Counted from the first letter of the stretch, positions 10,058 through 21,018 are shown. The stretch: DNA of 64,000 nucleotides from Planctomycetia bacterium (GCA_009924545.1 RFRL01000001.1:4272-68271); one strand, 5' to 3'. Program-made: numbers and translations. Notes: generated by a model from the letters alone, not told the origin.

Positions 10058-10303
10058 TCAGCCTGTGGTCCCGCGCACATACCCCAGGCTGCGGATCACC
10101 TCGAGGATCTCGCTGCAGGTGGGGAACATCCGGCCGCTGCTCCGCTTGTAGCGGTCGAGAGCCTGCATGAACTCGAGTTCGTCCGCGCCATACTCGCGCT
10201 CGCACGTGGTCGGATCGATGAGACGGCGGCGCGACGCCGGAGCCTTCCGCGTGGGGCGTGAGGCGGAAGCAGTGGGGCGGAAACGGGTGGCGGCGGTGAC
10301 CAT
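10058..10303 (-). CDS. small conserved-looking hypothetical protein (81 aa)
   Basis: ATG start. Third codon positions are mostly G/C by my own codon-by-codon reading. The basic N-terminus is followed by a plausibly folded C-terminal half ([41 protein letters not shown]). I cannot name a family. Confidence 0.55.
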   Translation of the reverse strand: MVTAATRFRPTASASRPTRKAPASRRRLIDPTTCEREYGADELEFMQALDRYKRSSGRMFPTCSEILEVIRSLGYVRGTTG

Positions 10304-10610
10304 CGGATGATTCCCTCGGGGCCCCCGGCGACCAGACCGATCGAACCGGATCGGCGGGCGGGGGAAGATCTACCGGAATCATGCACCACAAAAGGTGCGC
10401 AAGACGCACCGCTTGGAGAAAAGGCCCGGTAGTAGCGCTCTTTTCGGACGTGCCGGTTGCACACCCCACAGCGCGGCAACGGGTACCGACGGCGGCCGCA
10501 CTGCCGGCGCCGAAACGATCCGGGGCGGTGGGCAGGCACCGGGCGTAGCTGCCGGCGACCAGTCGGCCCAGCCGGGATCGAACGAAGACTGGGCAATGCC
10601 GGGGAACCGC

Positions 10611-11381
10611 TCAGCGATTGCTGAAAAACTTCTTCAGGGCCTCGGCGGCAGCGTCGCGGGAGTTCTCCGCCGACTTGCGGGCGTTGGTGGGGAGTCCGCC
10701 GGGCTTGCCCTTGCTGTCGCGAAGCGCGTCGATCCCCACCGTCGAACCGATCCGCGACGCATCGGCCGCCCCGGTTCCGGCGGCAACCCCGGCCACCGCG
10801 CCAGCCCCACCGACCCCGGAACCTTCCGCGACGGTACCGCTCGACGATCCGATCCCGGTCGAATCGGCCTGCGTCGCGCCGGCGGATTTCGCCGCCTTGG
10901 AGCCACTGATGCCTGACACCATCGAACCGGTGCCGTCGGTGAGCGGGGCTTGGTGGATGCTGCTGGCACCGGCATCCGCGGGAGCCTCGGCGGAGAGGGA
11001 CCGGGTGGTGTCGTACATGCCGGCCGGTGATTCATCCGCCATCAGCCACTTTGACACATCCTGATCGCTCCCGGTGGCCGCAGCGGGTTCGGTGCACGAC
11101 ACGCGCACTTCGAGCACACCGACGCGCACCAGATCACCCGACGCCACCTTCACCTTGCCGGTGATCCGTTCACCATTGACGAAAGTCCCATTCCGGCTGC
11201 CGAGGTCCTCGACCCACACGTCTGCCGGCCCGACATGCACGGCACAGTGGCGCCGGCTCACGTCCTCGCTCAGCGGCCGGACGTCGCACTCCTCCGCCCG
11301 GCCGATGAGCAGGGTGTTGCGCTTGATGAGGATGGCACGGCCCGCACTTTTTCCAGTGGCCACGATCAGTTTTGTGATCAT
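10611..11381 (-). CDS. FHA-domain protein with a long S/G/A-rich disordered tail
   Basis: From the ATG at 11381: MITKLIVATGKSAGRAILIKRNTLLIGRAEECDVRPLSEDVSRRHCAVHV...EDLGSRNGTFVNGERI. This carries the FHA signature (G-R...S-R-x-H...S-x-N-G-T-x-x-N). The remaining roughly 155 aa are low complexity. Confidence 0.85.
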   Translation of the reverse strand: MITKLIVATGKSAGRAILIKRNTLLIGRAEECDVRPLSEDVSRRHCAVHVGPADVWVEDLGSRNGTFVNGERITGKVKVASGDLVRVGVLEVRVSCTEPAAATGSDQDVSKWLMADESPAGMYDTTRSLSAEAPADAGASSIHQAPLTDGTGSMVSGISGSKAAKSAGATQADSTGIGSSSGTVAEGSGVGGAGAVAGVAAGTGAADASRIGSTVGIDALRDSKGKPGGLPTNARKSAENSRDAAAEALKKFFSNR

Positions 11382-11968
11382 GCATGCCCCTCGCAACAGC
11401 GGTCGCCTCTGCGCCCGGACCGACCAGGCCGCAGACCCTACGAACGCACAGACCCCACCCAACCACCGACGACCATCCTCGGACAACGATCCTCGGCCAA
11501 TCAAATCAGCGTCCGACCACGGGCGCCCCGAGCCACGGCCCCATTTCGATCATCGCCGCATTTCCGTGATGCGAGGTCGATCTGTCCAGCAGTGCCTCCA
11601 AAGCGCCCGCTGATATCGTCTCTCACCCGATGCAGTCGTCCGAATACGAGCCCGGTCCGATGGACCCTGGACACGACCTTCCGGATCATACCAACCGGCG
11701 ATCGGAAGGCACTAGTCGGGGCGCGGTGGCAAACAGGGCCGCGACGGACACCCACGCCCGCTGAGGGGGGTGGGGACCCCTGTGGGCTCGCCCGGAAGAA
11801 GTGCAATCCCCTACCAATTTGACCAAAACCGAACGATCGGGGCCGCGCCACGGTCTCCCGGTCACGCGCCGGTCGACTCGGCCGGCGGCACGCCAGACCA
11901 AGTTCTCCCGGCCCGGAAAGGCCGCCGAGGCTGGTGATTGAAGGGCACCCGACCGCCGCGAGACCGGG

Positions 11969-12823
11969 TCAGCGGCGGTGGGTCCAGGCCGCGTCGCCGT
12001 AGCGCGCGGCGAGGTCTGCGATCGCGGCCCGATCGGCATCCCAGGTGCATCCCGGTTGCAACGCTGGCAGGAGGCCAGCGGCCGCCGCGATCTCCGCCAG
12101 CCAGGCGTCGCGGACCCCGATGGGGTCGAGCCGCACCCCCGCGGTGGCCGCCACGTCGGCCAGGCCGAGCCGCGCGTGGGGCCCGCCGGCGGCATCGTTC
12201 CGCGACCAGAGGAGGGACCCGTGCTGGACCACTGCGGCATGATGGCGCCGCTGGGCACTTCCCAGGATCTTGGGCCACCGGCCCGTTGGCGCGGGGAGCA
12301 CGACATCCCCGGTCGCGCGCCGGTCAAAACAGAGGAACGCCTCCGTCGCTGCGGCGGCCGCGCCGGGGTCGCCCACCGCAGGATGAAGGGCGGCCCGCAG
12401 GCCCGCGGCGGCGAGGACGCCGACCAGCGCCCGGTGCACCTCGTCGTAGAGTCGCTGCGCCTCGCCTCCCCAGGGATGACTCCGCGGCACGGCCACCGTG
12501 CACGTCAGGTCGGTGCCATGGAGGATCGCCCCGCCGCCGCTGGCCCGACGCACGAGCGGCAGCGCCGCCAACCCATCGGCAGGCACCGCGGCGGCGGCCT
12601 GGAACGCCCCCAGGGAGAGCGTCGCCCTCGACCAGGTCGAAAACCGCGCAACCGGCACCCCCGCGCTCACCGCGACCCCAGCCAGCCACTCGTCGGCCGC
12701 CATGTTGACGCTGCCAATGGCCGGGTCGTCGATCCAGTAGCGCAGGGGCGTGGTGGCCGCGGCACCGCGCGGTTCCGCAGAGGCCGCCCCGGCGTCACGG
12801 TCAGGCGCGAGCGACGCGGTCAT
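11969..12823 (-). CDS. lipoate-protein ligase / octanoyltransferase family protein (BPL_LplA_LipB fold)
   Basis: From the ATG at 12823 (MTASLAPDRD...). It contains RRASGGGAILHG and the catalytic-lysine region WPKILGSAQRRHHAAVVQHGSLL, which is typical of LplA/LipB-type enzymes. It sits directly downstream of gcvH. The upstream part of track ORF 11969..13114 overlaps gcvH in another frame and is not coding. Confidence 0.7.
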   Translation of the reverse strand: MTASLAPDRDAGAASAEPRGAAATTPLRYWIDDPAIGSVNMAADEWLAGVAVSAGVPVARFSTWSRATLSLGAFQAAAAVPADGLAALPLVRRASGGGAILHGTDLTCTVAVPRSHPWGGEAQRLYDEVHRALVGVLAAAGLRAALHPAVGDPGAAAAATEAFLCFDRRATGDVVLPAPTGRWPKILGSAQRRHHAAVVQHGSLLWSRNDAAGGPHARLGLADVAATAGVRLDPIGVRDAWLAEIAAAAGLLPALQPGCTWDADRAAIADLAARYGDAAWTHRR

Positions 12824-12874
12824 GGGTGCGGACAATGATGGACCGGGGGCGGGGCATCGCCACGGCGTCGGTCC

Positions 12875-12934
12875 GGACCGCCGATCACCGGACCGCGGAT
12901 CAATGGACCGCGGATCACCGGACCGCGGATCAAT
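12875..12934. repeat. four tandem copies of a 15-bp unit GGACCGC(G/C)GATCA(CC/AT)
   Basis: Copies at 12875-12889, 12890-12904, 12905-12919 and 12920-12934, read directly. Each has a GATC, and three have CCGCGG. The array starts at the gcvH stop codon and fills much of the gcvH-lplA-like spacer. Confidence 0.9.
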
Positions 12935-13316
12935 GGGGCGACGAGGCGACGAGTGCCTCGTAGGCAGCCTGGTCGAGGAGGCCGTCGAGGGCTGCGGGAT
13001 CGTCGGGGCGGATGCGGACGATCCAGCCCTCGCCGTAGGGGTCGTTGCCGAGCGTTTCGAGCCGCTCCGGCAACGTGGCATTGACCGCCACCACGTCACC
13101 CGAAACCGGGGCATAGAGATCGCTCACCGCCTTGACGCTCTCGATCTCGCCGAACGACTGCCCCGCCACGACACGGCTGCCCACCTTCGGCAACTGCATG
13201 AACACCAGATCGGTGAGCGCCTCGACCGCATAGGCCGAGATCCCCACCGTGGCGGTGCCGTCGGCCTCGGGGCGGATCCATTCGTGGGACTTGGCGAACC
13301 TCATGGCTGCGGACAT
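12930..13316 (-). CDS. gcvH: glycine cleavage system H protein
   Basis: KSHEWIRPEADGTATVGISAYA and the lipoyl-lysine motif GEIESVKAVSDLYAPVSG. Starting at the ATG at 13316 gives 128 aa, the usual GcvH length. Confidence 0.9.
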   Translation of the reverse strand: MSAAMRFAKSHEWIRPEADGTATVGISAYAVEALTDLVFMQLPKVGSRVVAGQSFGEIESVKAVSDLYAPVSGDVVAVNATLPERLETLGNDPYGEGWIVRIRPDDPAALDGLLDQAAYEALVASSPH

Positions 13317-13394
13317 GTCGGTGCACACTCCGGTGTCGTGGCGGGCGCTGCTGCCGCCCACAGGATAGCAGGCCGCAGCCGCGGCGCGGTCATC

Positions 13395-14558
13395 TCAGGC
13401 TGCCGGCTTCGGCCGCCGGTAGAAGGGGAGGGGCACCACCTCGCCAGGCTGCGGACTGTCGCGCACGATCACCTCCACCGGCGTGCCCGTGGCCGCCACG
13501 CGCCGATCGACCAGTGCCATGGCGACGGCGCGGCCGAGGGTGGGAATGAAGCTCCCGCTGGTCACGCGCCCACACTCCGCGCCGGCCACCACCACGGGGC
13601 TCCCCTCGCGGGCGGCACGGCGGCCGGCGAACCCGATACCGACGCGCACCCGCCCGGTGGCCTGCGCGGCCTGCGCGCGAAACGTCTCGGCGCCCGGGAA
13701 CCGCCGACCTTCGAGATCGACCGCCAGCCCCAGGCCGATCGCGAACGGGTCGCTGTCCTCGACCAGCTCGTGTCCATAGAGGGGCATGCCCGCCTCGAGG
13801 CGCAGCGTGTCGCGGGCCCCGAGGCCGCAGGGGAGGATGCCGTGGGGCGCGCCGGCGGCGAGGATCGCCTCCCACACCGCGGTGGCCCGCTCGGCCGGGA
13901 CGACGATCTCGTAACCGTCCTCCCCCGTGTAACCGGTACGGCTGATCACCGCCGGCACGCCGGCGATGGTCGCCGTCGCCGACGCATAGTTGGCCAGTGC
14001 CGCCAGCCGCGGGCCATCCCCCGCCGCCAAGCCGGTGACGATCGCCACCGCCGCCGGGCCCTGGACGGCGAGCATCGCGGTTCCGACCGTGCGGTCGAGC
14101 AGCTCGACGCCGGAGCCCGGCAGCCGCGAGCGCAACCAGGCCACCACGCGCTCCCGGTTGCCGGCATTCACGACCAACCCTGACGGGCCATCGCCGCCGT
14201 CGAGTTCGGCATCCGCCGGCACGACGGGCGCATTGGCCACGAGGGCATCGTCGAGGATCCGCACCGCACCGGCGGCGTCCTCGGACGCGATGAGGGTGTA
14301 GCGGACGCGCCCCCGGGGCATGCCGGCCACTCGCCTGGTCATGAGCCCTTCCAACCAGGCCGCGGCGCCGGCACCGGCGACGGTGAGCCGCCCCATGTGC
14401 GACACGTCGAACAGCCCCGCCGCGCGACGGACGGCGCAGTGCTCGTCGACGATCGAGCTGTACTGCACGGGCATCGACCAACCGGCGAAGTCGACGAGGC
14501 GACCGCCGTGACCCAGATGCCAATCGAACAACGCCGTCCGCAGGGGTTCGGGGGACAC
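13395..14558 (-). CDS. gcvT: glycine cleavage system T protein (aminomethyltransferase)
   Basis: LRTALFDWHLGHGGRLVDFAGWSMPVQY, LFDVSHMG, RTGYTGEDGYEI and GLGARDTLRLEAGMPLYG. The start is uncertain. I use the GTG at 14558 (VSPEPLRTALF); the track ORF extends to 14648. Confidence 0.88.
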   Translation of the reverse strand: MSPEPLRTALFDWHLGHGGRLVDFAGWSMPVQYSSIVDEHCAVRRAAGLFDVSHMGRLTVAGAGAAAWLEGLMTRRVAGMPRGRVRYTLIASEDAAGAVRILDDALVANAPVVPADAELDGGDGPSGLVVNAGNRERVVAWLRSRLPGSGVELLDRTVGTAMLAVQGPAAVAIVTGLAAGDGPRLAALANYASATATIAGVPAVISRTGYTGEDGYEIVVPAERATAVWEAILAAGAPHGILPCGLGARDTLRLEAGMPLYGHELVEDSDPFAIGLGLAVDLEGRRFPGAETFRAQAAQATGRVRVGIGFAGRRAAREGSPVVVAGAECGRVTSGSFIPTLGRAVAMALVDRRVAATGTPVEVIVRDSPQPGEVVPLPFYRRPKPAA

Positions 14559-14609
14559 GTGAGGGCCTTTTCGGGGAACGGGGCCATACCCGCCGGTCGG
14601 GGTGCCGCG

Positions 14610-14659
14610 ATTGTAGGAACCGCGCCGGCGGTCGCCAGCCGGTGTCACCGGTCGCCAGC
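14610..14659 (-). promoter_or_regulatory. gcvT upstream region: TACAAT -10-like hexamer plus the palindrome CCGGTGTCACCGG flanked by an 11-bp direct repeat
   Basis: On the minus strand, TACAAT corresponds to plus 14610-14615. The palindrome CCGGTGTCACCGG is at 14639-14651. CGGTCGCCAGC occurs at 14629-14639 and again at 14649-14659. All of this lies in the 114-nt rnr-gcvT spacer. Confidence 0.25.
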
Positions 14660-14672
14660 GGCAGCACCGCGC

Positions 14673-16757
<2,085 letters not shown>

Positions 16758-16809
16758 GGGTTCCTCCGCGGACTGCCGGGAGCGCGGCTCCCGTGAACAT
16801 CGTCGGTTT

Positions 16810-17910
16810 TCATCGGGACAAAGGTCCCGGAGGGGCTTTGTCCACGCGCTGCTCACCGCGGCCCCTGAAGAACTTGCGGCCGAGCTGCTGATGGTACTGC
16901 GTCCACCCGCCGTCGAGGGCCGCCTCGCTGTCGAGCAACTGGACGATCCCGGCCAGCCGGGCGTCGAGCGCGTCGAGCTGGTGGAGGAGCACCGCCTCCA
17001 GGGTCATCGGCAAGCGCGGGGCCCCGTACTCGTACTCACCGTGATGGCTGACGATCATGTGTTTGAGCCGGAGCGCCGTGGCGGGATCGAACTCCGCACC
17101 GCTGCGCTCCTGCAGCGCCTGGATCTTCTCCTCGAGGATTTCCAGCCCGAGCACGACGTGGCCGAGGAGCTGGCCGGCGTCGGTGTAGGAGAACCCGCGC
17201 TCGCTCTCCAGTTCGACCGTCTTGCCGATGTCGTGGAGGAAGGCTCCGACGAGGAGCAGGTCGCGGTCGACGGCGGGGTAGAGCGGGGCGACGCGGTCGA
17301 CGAGGCGCAGGAGCGTGACCACGTGGACCAAGAGCCCGCCGACGTGGGCATGGTGCTGCTTCACCCCCGCCGGGCTGCGAAGGAAGGCGGTCATCAGGTG
17401 GCCATCGGCACGGACCTCGGCGACGAGGTCGGCCAGTGCCCCCGGGGCGACCGTGGCCAAGAGCGCCGCCAGCTCGTCGTCGAGCCGGGCGATGTCGGCG
17501 GGACCGAGGACGAGGAACTCCGACTCGTCCACCGAGCGCGGATCGACCCGGGCGATGGACGTGAGGATCAGTTGCAGGGCGCCGGAGTAGAGCTGCGTGG
17601 TGCCCTCCACACGGACGTAGTCGCCGTCTTCGAAGGCGTCGTAGTCGGCTGCCGACGCGTTCCACAGGCGGCCGGTGATCGAGCCACTGCGGTCGGCCAG
17701 TTCCACCTGGAGGAACAATTGCCCGTTGCGGTTGGGGCGGAGCTGCTTGTGGGTGGCGCGGAACACCTGCTCCACGCTTCCCTGCGGCGGCAGTTCGCTC
17801 ACCCGCCGCCGCCGGGGTCCGGGCCGTCGCGCACCCCCCCGACCATCGCCGGGCGCGGGCCGGGGCTCGGCATCATGGCCCGGCCGCGATTCTCCCTGAC
17901 CCGTGGCCAT
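16810..17910 (-). CDS. OB-fold + HD-domain 3'-5' exoribonuclease, YhaM-like
   Basis: From the ATG at 17910. OB-fold part: LFLQVELADRSGSITGRLWNASAADYDAFEDGDYVRVEG. HD part: HHAHVGGLLVHV...GAFLHDIGK...MIVSHHGEYEYG. The remainder of track ORF 16810..19509 is antisense to proS and not coding. Confidence 0.8.
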   Translation of the reverse strand: MATGQGESRPGHDAEPRPAPGDGRGGARRPGPRRRRVSELPPQGSVEQVFRATHKQLRPNRNGQLFLQVELADRSGSITGRLWNASAADYDAFEDGDYVRVEGTTQLYSGALQLILTSIARVDPRSVDESEFLVLGPADIARLDDELAALLATVAPGALADLVAEVRADGHLMTAFLRSPAGVKQHHAHVGGLLVHVVTLLRLVDRVAPLYPAVDRDLLLVGAFLHDIGKTVELESERGFSYTDAGQLLGHVVLGLEILEEKIQALQERSGAEFDPATALRLKHMIVSHHGEYEYGAPRLPMTLEAVLLHQLDALDARLAGIVQLLDSEAALDGGWTQYHQQLGRKFFRGRGEQRVDKAPPGPLSR

Positions 17911-18150
17911 GCCCGCTCCCGTGTCAACGACCCGCCCCTGCCGAAGCGCCCGCCGGCGGGGTTTCGCGCGAGGGCCCGACGTGCACGACCGCGTCTGGGC
18001 CCCACTGCGATCTCCCGATCGTATGCCGCAGGCGGCGCCTCCCACAACCACGGCCGCACCTCCGGGCCGGCGCCGCGCAGCGGCAACGCTACAATCCCGC
18101 TCCCTCCGCAGCCCGGCGCGCGGCGGGCGCAAACCCGGCAGGAACCCAAC

Positions 18151-19659
18151 ATGCCCGAGCATGCCATCAGCCCGACGCGGCGTGAGGACTATCCCGAGTG
18201 GTACCAGCAGGTGGTCCGGGCGGCCGACCTCGCCGAGCAGTCGCCGGTCCGCGGCTGCATGGTGATCAAGCCGCACGGCTACGCCATCTGGGAGCGGATG
18301 CAGGGCATCCTCGACCGGGCCTTCAAGGCGACCGGCCACCAGAACGCCTACTTCCCCCTCTTCATCCCGGTGAGCTACCTGGAGCAGGAGGCGAAGCACG
18401 TCGAGGGCTTCGCCAAGGAGTGCGCCGTCGTCACGCACCACCGCCTCGAACTGGCGCCCGACGGCCGGCTGGTGCCGGCGGGCAAGCTCGAGGAACCGCT
18501 CGTCGTCCGCCCCACCAGTGAGACGATCATCGGGGCGATGTACGCCAAGTGGATCCAGTCGTGGCGCGACCTGCCGGTGCTCATCAACCAGTGGGCCAAC
18601 GTCGTGCGCTGGGAGATGCGGCCGCGACTGTTCCTCCGCACCGCCGAGTTCCTCTGGCAGGAGGGGCACACCGCCCACGCCACGGCCGCCGAGGCGGTGG
18701 AGGAGACGCTGCGGATCCTCGACATTTATGCGGCCTTCGCCGAAGAGCATCTGGCGATGCCGGTCGTCAAGGGCCCCAAGCCCTCCGCCGAACGGTTTCC
18801 TGGCGCCGTCGACACCTACTCGATCGAGGCGATGATGCAGGACGGCCGGGCCCTGCAGGCGGGCACGTCGCATTTCCTCGGCCAGAACTTCGCCCGCGCC
18901 CAGGGGATCAAGTTCGCCGACACCACCGGCGCCGAGGCGTTTTGCTGGACGACCTCCTGGGGGGTGTCGACCCGGCTCATCGGCGCACTGGTGATGACCC
19001 ATTCCGACGACGACGGTCTCGTGCTCCCCCCGCGCATCGCCCCCACGCAGATCGTCATCCTCCCGATCCACCGCACGCCCGAGGAGCGTGCGCAGGTGCT
19101 GGCGGCCAGCCGGCAGCTCGAGGCCCGGCTCCATGCCGAGCGCTCGGCCGACGAACAGCTCCGGGTGCGGATCGACACCCGCGACATGCGCGGCGGTGAC
19201 AAGGTGTGGCAGCACGTCAAACAGGGCGTGCCGCTGCGGGTGGAGATCGGTCCGCGCGACCTCGCCGCCGGGGTGGTGAGCGTGTGCCGGCGTGACCGAC
19301 CGCCGAAGGAACGCGTCAGCCTGCCCCTCGACGGCTTCGCGGCCCAGGCACCGGCCCTCCTCGCGGAGATCCAGCAGGGGCTCTTCGAGCGGGCCGCCGC
19401 CTTCCGCGCCGCGCGGACCGTCACGGTCGACAGCCAGGCCGACCTCGTCGCCCGGTTCCGGGAGGACGGTGCTGCCGAGGCGGGGCAGGGGGGATTCGTG
19501 CGGGCCCACGTCGCCGACGACCCGGCGGTGGCGGCGGTCTGCGATCCGCTCAAGGTCACCGTGCGCTGCATCCCGATGGACGGCGACGACGAACCGGGGC
19601 GATGCATCATCACCGGCCAGCCGGTCGCACGCCGCAGCATCCTCGCCCGGGCCTATTGA
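18151..19659 (+). CDS. proS: prolyl-tRNA synthetase, archaeal/eukaryote-like short form
   Basis: From the ATG at 18151 (MPEHAISPTRREDYPEWYQQVV...). Class II aaRS core: VRPTSET, RTAEFLWQEGHTAH, GTSHFLGQNFA. There is no bacterial INS editing insertion. The C-terminal domain ends in the conserved terminal Tyr (...ILARAY). 502 aa. Confidence 0.9.
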   Translation: MPEHAISPTRREDYPEWYQQVVRAADLAEQSPVRGCMVIKPHGYAIWERMQGILDRAFKATGHQNAYFPLFIPVSYLEQEAKHVEGFAKECAVVTHHRLELAPDGRLVPAGKLEEPLVVRPTSETIIGAMYAKWIQSWRDLPVLINQWANVVRWEMRPRLFLRTAEFLWQEGHTAHATAAEAVEETLRILDIYAAFAEEHLAMPVVKGPKPSAERFPGAVDTYSIEAMMQDGRALQAGTSHFLGQNFARAQGIKFADTTGAEAFCWTTSWGVSTRLIGALVMTHSDDDGLVLPPRIAPTQIVILPIHRTPEERAQVLAASRQLEARLHAERSADEQLRVRIDTRDMRGGDKVWQHVKQGVPLRVEIGPRDLAAGVVSVCRRDRPPKERVSLPLDGFAAQAPALLAEIQQGLFERAAAFRAARTVTVDSQADLVARFREDGAAEAGQGGFVRAHVADDPAVAAVCDPLKVTVRCIPMDGDDEPGRCIITGQPVARRSILARAY

Positions 19660-19818
19660 TCGGCCGTTCGGCCGGGCGGTTCTGCAGGGGGGGCGGATCC
19701 CCGCCGGCTGCTACACTGTGGTGTCCGCTTGAAGCGTGGCGGGTGCGGTGGCCTGCCGGTGGGGTCGGGCAGGGTGCGCCGCGGGACCGGGAAGACGCGA
19801 CCTGTGACAGGGCTTTCC

Positions 19819-21018
19819 ATGGCACTGCGGAATCCTTCCGCCCTGGCCGTCGCGGCCGTGGCGCTCGTCACCGGGGCTTCGGTGGGCAGTGGAACGGCGG
19901 CTCTCGTGGCGCTGACGCGCCCCTGGCGGGTGGGTGAGTTCGACCCCCAGGCCGAGAAAGCCAGGGTCGTGGAGTCAAGCGCGAAGGTCGAGGTCGAGGC
20001 CACGACCCACCAGTTCGGGTCGCTTCCACTGGGCAACGACGGCCAGCACACCTTCGTGATCCGCAACGTCGGCACCGCCCCCCTGACCCTCACCAAGGGA
20101 GCGACGTCCTGCTCGTGCACCGTGGCCGATTTCGACTCGCGACACGGTGGGGACGACGCTGCCGAGAAGGCGATCCCGGCGGGCGGCCAGGCGGAGGTGC
20201 GGCTGAAGTGGCGTGGCAAGACCGACGGGCCATTCCGGCAGCAGGCCACGGTGCTCACCAACGACCCGGGCCGCCCCGAGATCGTGTTCGTGATCGAGGG
20301 GCAGGTGGTCCCGGCGTGGCGGGCCGTGCCCCCCACGATCGTCATCACGCGGGTCACGGCCGGCACCGGCGAGCGGGCGACCGCCGATCTGTTCACGTTC
20401 GGCGACACTCCCCCCACGGTCACGTCGACGGGTCTGCTCAACGCCCAGACGGAGCGTTTTTTCCGCCTCTCGACCGAGCCGCTTCCCCCGGAAGCACTGG
20501 CGGCGGAGAAGGGGGCGACCGGCGGCGTGCGGTTGGTGGTGGACGTGCTGCCGGAGGCGGAAATTGGCAATCTCAAGCAGACTGCCCGGGTCGTGCTCCA
20601 GACCAACGAGGAGCTCGCTGCCGAGGTCCCGATCACGGCCTCGGTCGCCGGCGCCCTGGCGCTCGCCGGCACGGCCTGGGACTCCGACCGCCAGGCGCTT
20701 CTCTTGGGGATGGTGCCGGGGAAGACCGGGGGCCGGTGGGACCTGTTCCTGGCGGCACGGGGCCCGCACCGGGAGGCGGTGCGCCCCACCGTCCGCGAGG
20801 TGGTGCCGGAGTCGCTGCAGGTCACCGTGGGAGAACCGGCGCCGCTGGGCAACGGCAACGTGATGCGCGTCCCGATCAGCGTGGTGCTCCCGGCCGGAAG
20901 CGCCCCTGCGGTGCACAATTGCACCAAGCAGGCCCCTGGGGGACGGATCGTACTCGACACCGGGCATCCCGACTCCCCGACGTTGTCGATCAAGGTCTGC
21001 GTGACCATCACCCCTTGA
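19819..21018 (+). CDS. DUF1573-domain secreted/anchored protein
   Basis: From the ATG at 19819 (MALRNPSALAVAAVALVTGASVG, a signal or anchor). A DUF1573-type segment follows: THQFGSLPLGNDGQHTFVIRNVGTAPLTLTKGATSCSCT...GGQAEVRLKW. The rest looks like beta-sandwich sequence. Confidence 0.75.
   Translation: MALRNPSALAVAAVALVTGASVGSGTAALVALTRPWRVGEFDPQAEKARVVESSAKVEVEATTHQFGSLPLGNDGQHTFVIRNVGTAPLTLTKGATSCSCTVADFDSRHGGDDAAEKAIPAGGQAEVRLKWRGKTDGPFRQQATVLTNDPGRPEIVFVIEGQVVPAWRAVPPTIVITRVTAGTGERATADLFTFGDTPPTVTSTGLLNAQTERFFRLSTEPLPPEALAAEKGATGGVRLVVDVLPEAEIGNLKQTARVVLQTNEELAAEVPITASVAGALALAGTAWDSDRQALLLGMVPGKTGGRWDLFLAARGPHREAVRPTVREVVPESLQVTVGEPAPLGNGNVMRVPISVVLPAGSAPAVHNCTKQAPGGRIVLDTGHPDSPTLSIKVCVTITP

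Noticed and set aside
11501-11851. A 116-codon minus-strand ORF in the large spacer, and by-eye matches to RNase P RNA, SRP RNA or tmRNA in the same spacer.
   Set aside because: The ORF product is R/G-rich with no hydrophobic core pattern. GGACCGGGCTC on the minus strand only superficially resembles the RNase P GTCCGGGCTC core and lacks the flanking conserved elements. I found no tmRNA tag or tRNA-like end, and no SRP GGAA/AGCA motif pair.
14559-14672. A glycine riboswitch upstream of gcvT.
   Set aside because: The spacer is only 114 nt, and I could not find the conserved GGAGAG / CACCGAAGGGGCAA-type cores on the minus strand. An Infernal scan would be decisive.
18090-18095. A TACAAT hexamer about 55 nt upstream of proS, considered as a promoter.
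   Set aside because: No acceptable -35 or extended -10 element lies at the right spacing (the -35 position reads ccggcg). A single hexamer is too weak to report as a feature.
19660-19818. The GC-rich near-palindrome gggggcggatccccgcc after the proS stop, considered as an intrinsic terminator.
   Set aside because: The arms are not properly complementary and no T-tract follows. I could not identify any convincing intrinsic terminator (stem plus U-run) in the window.
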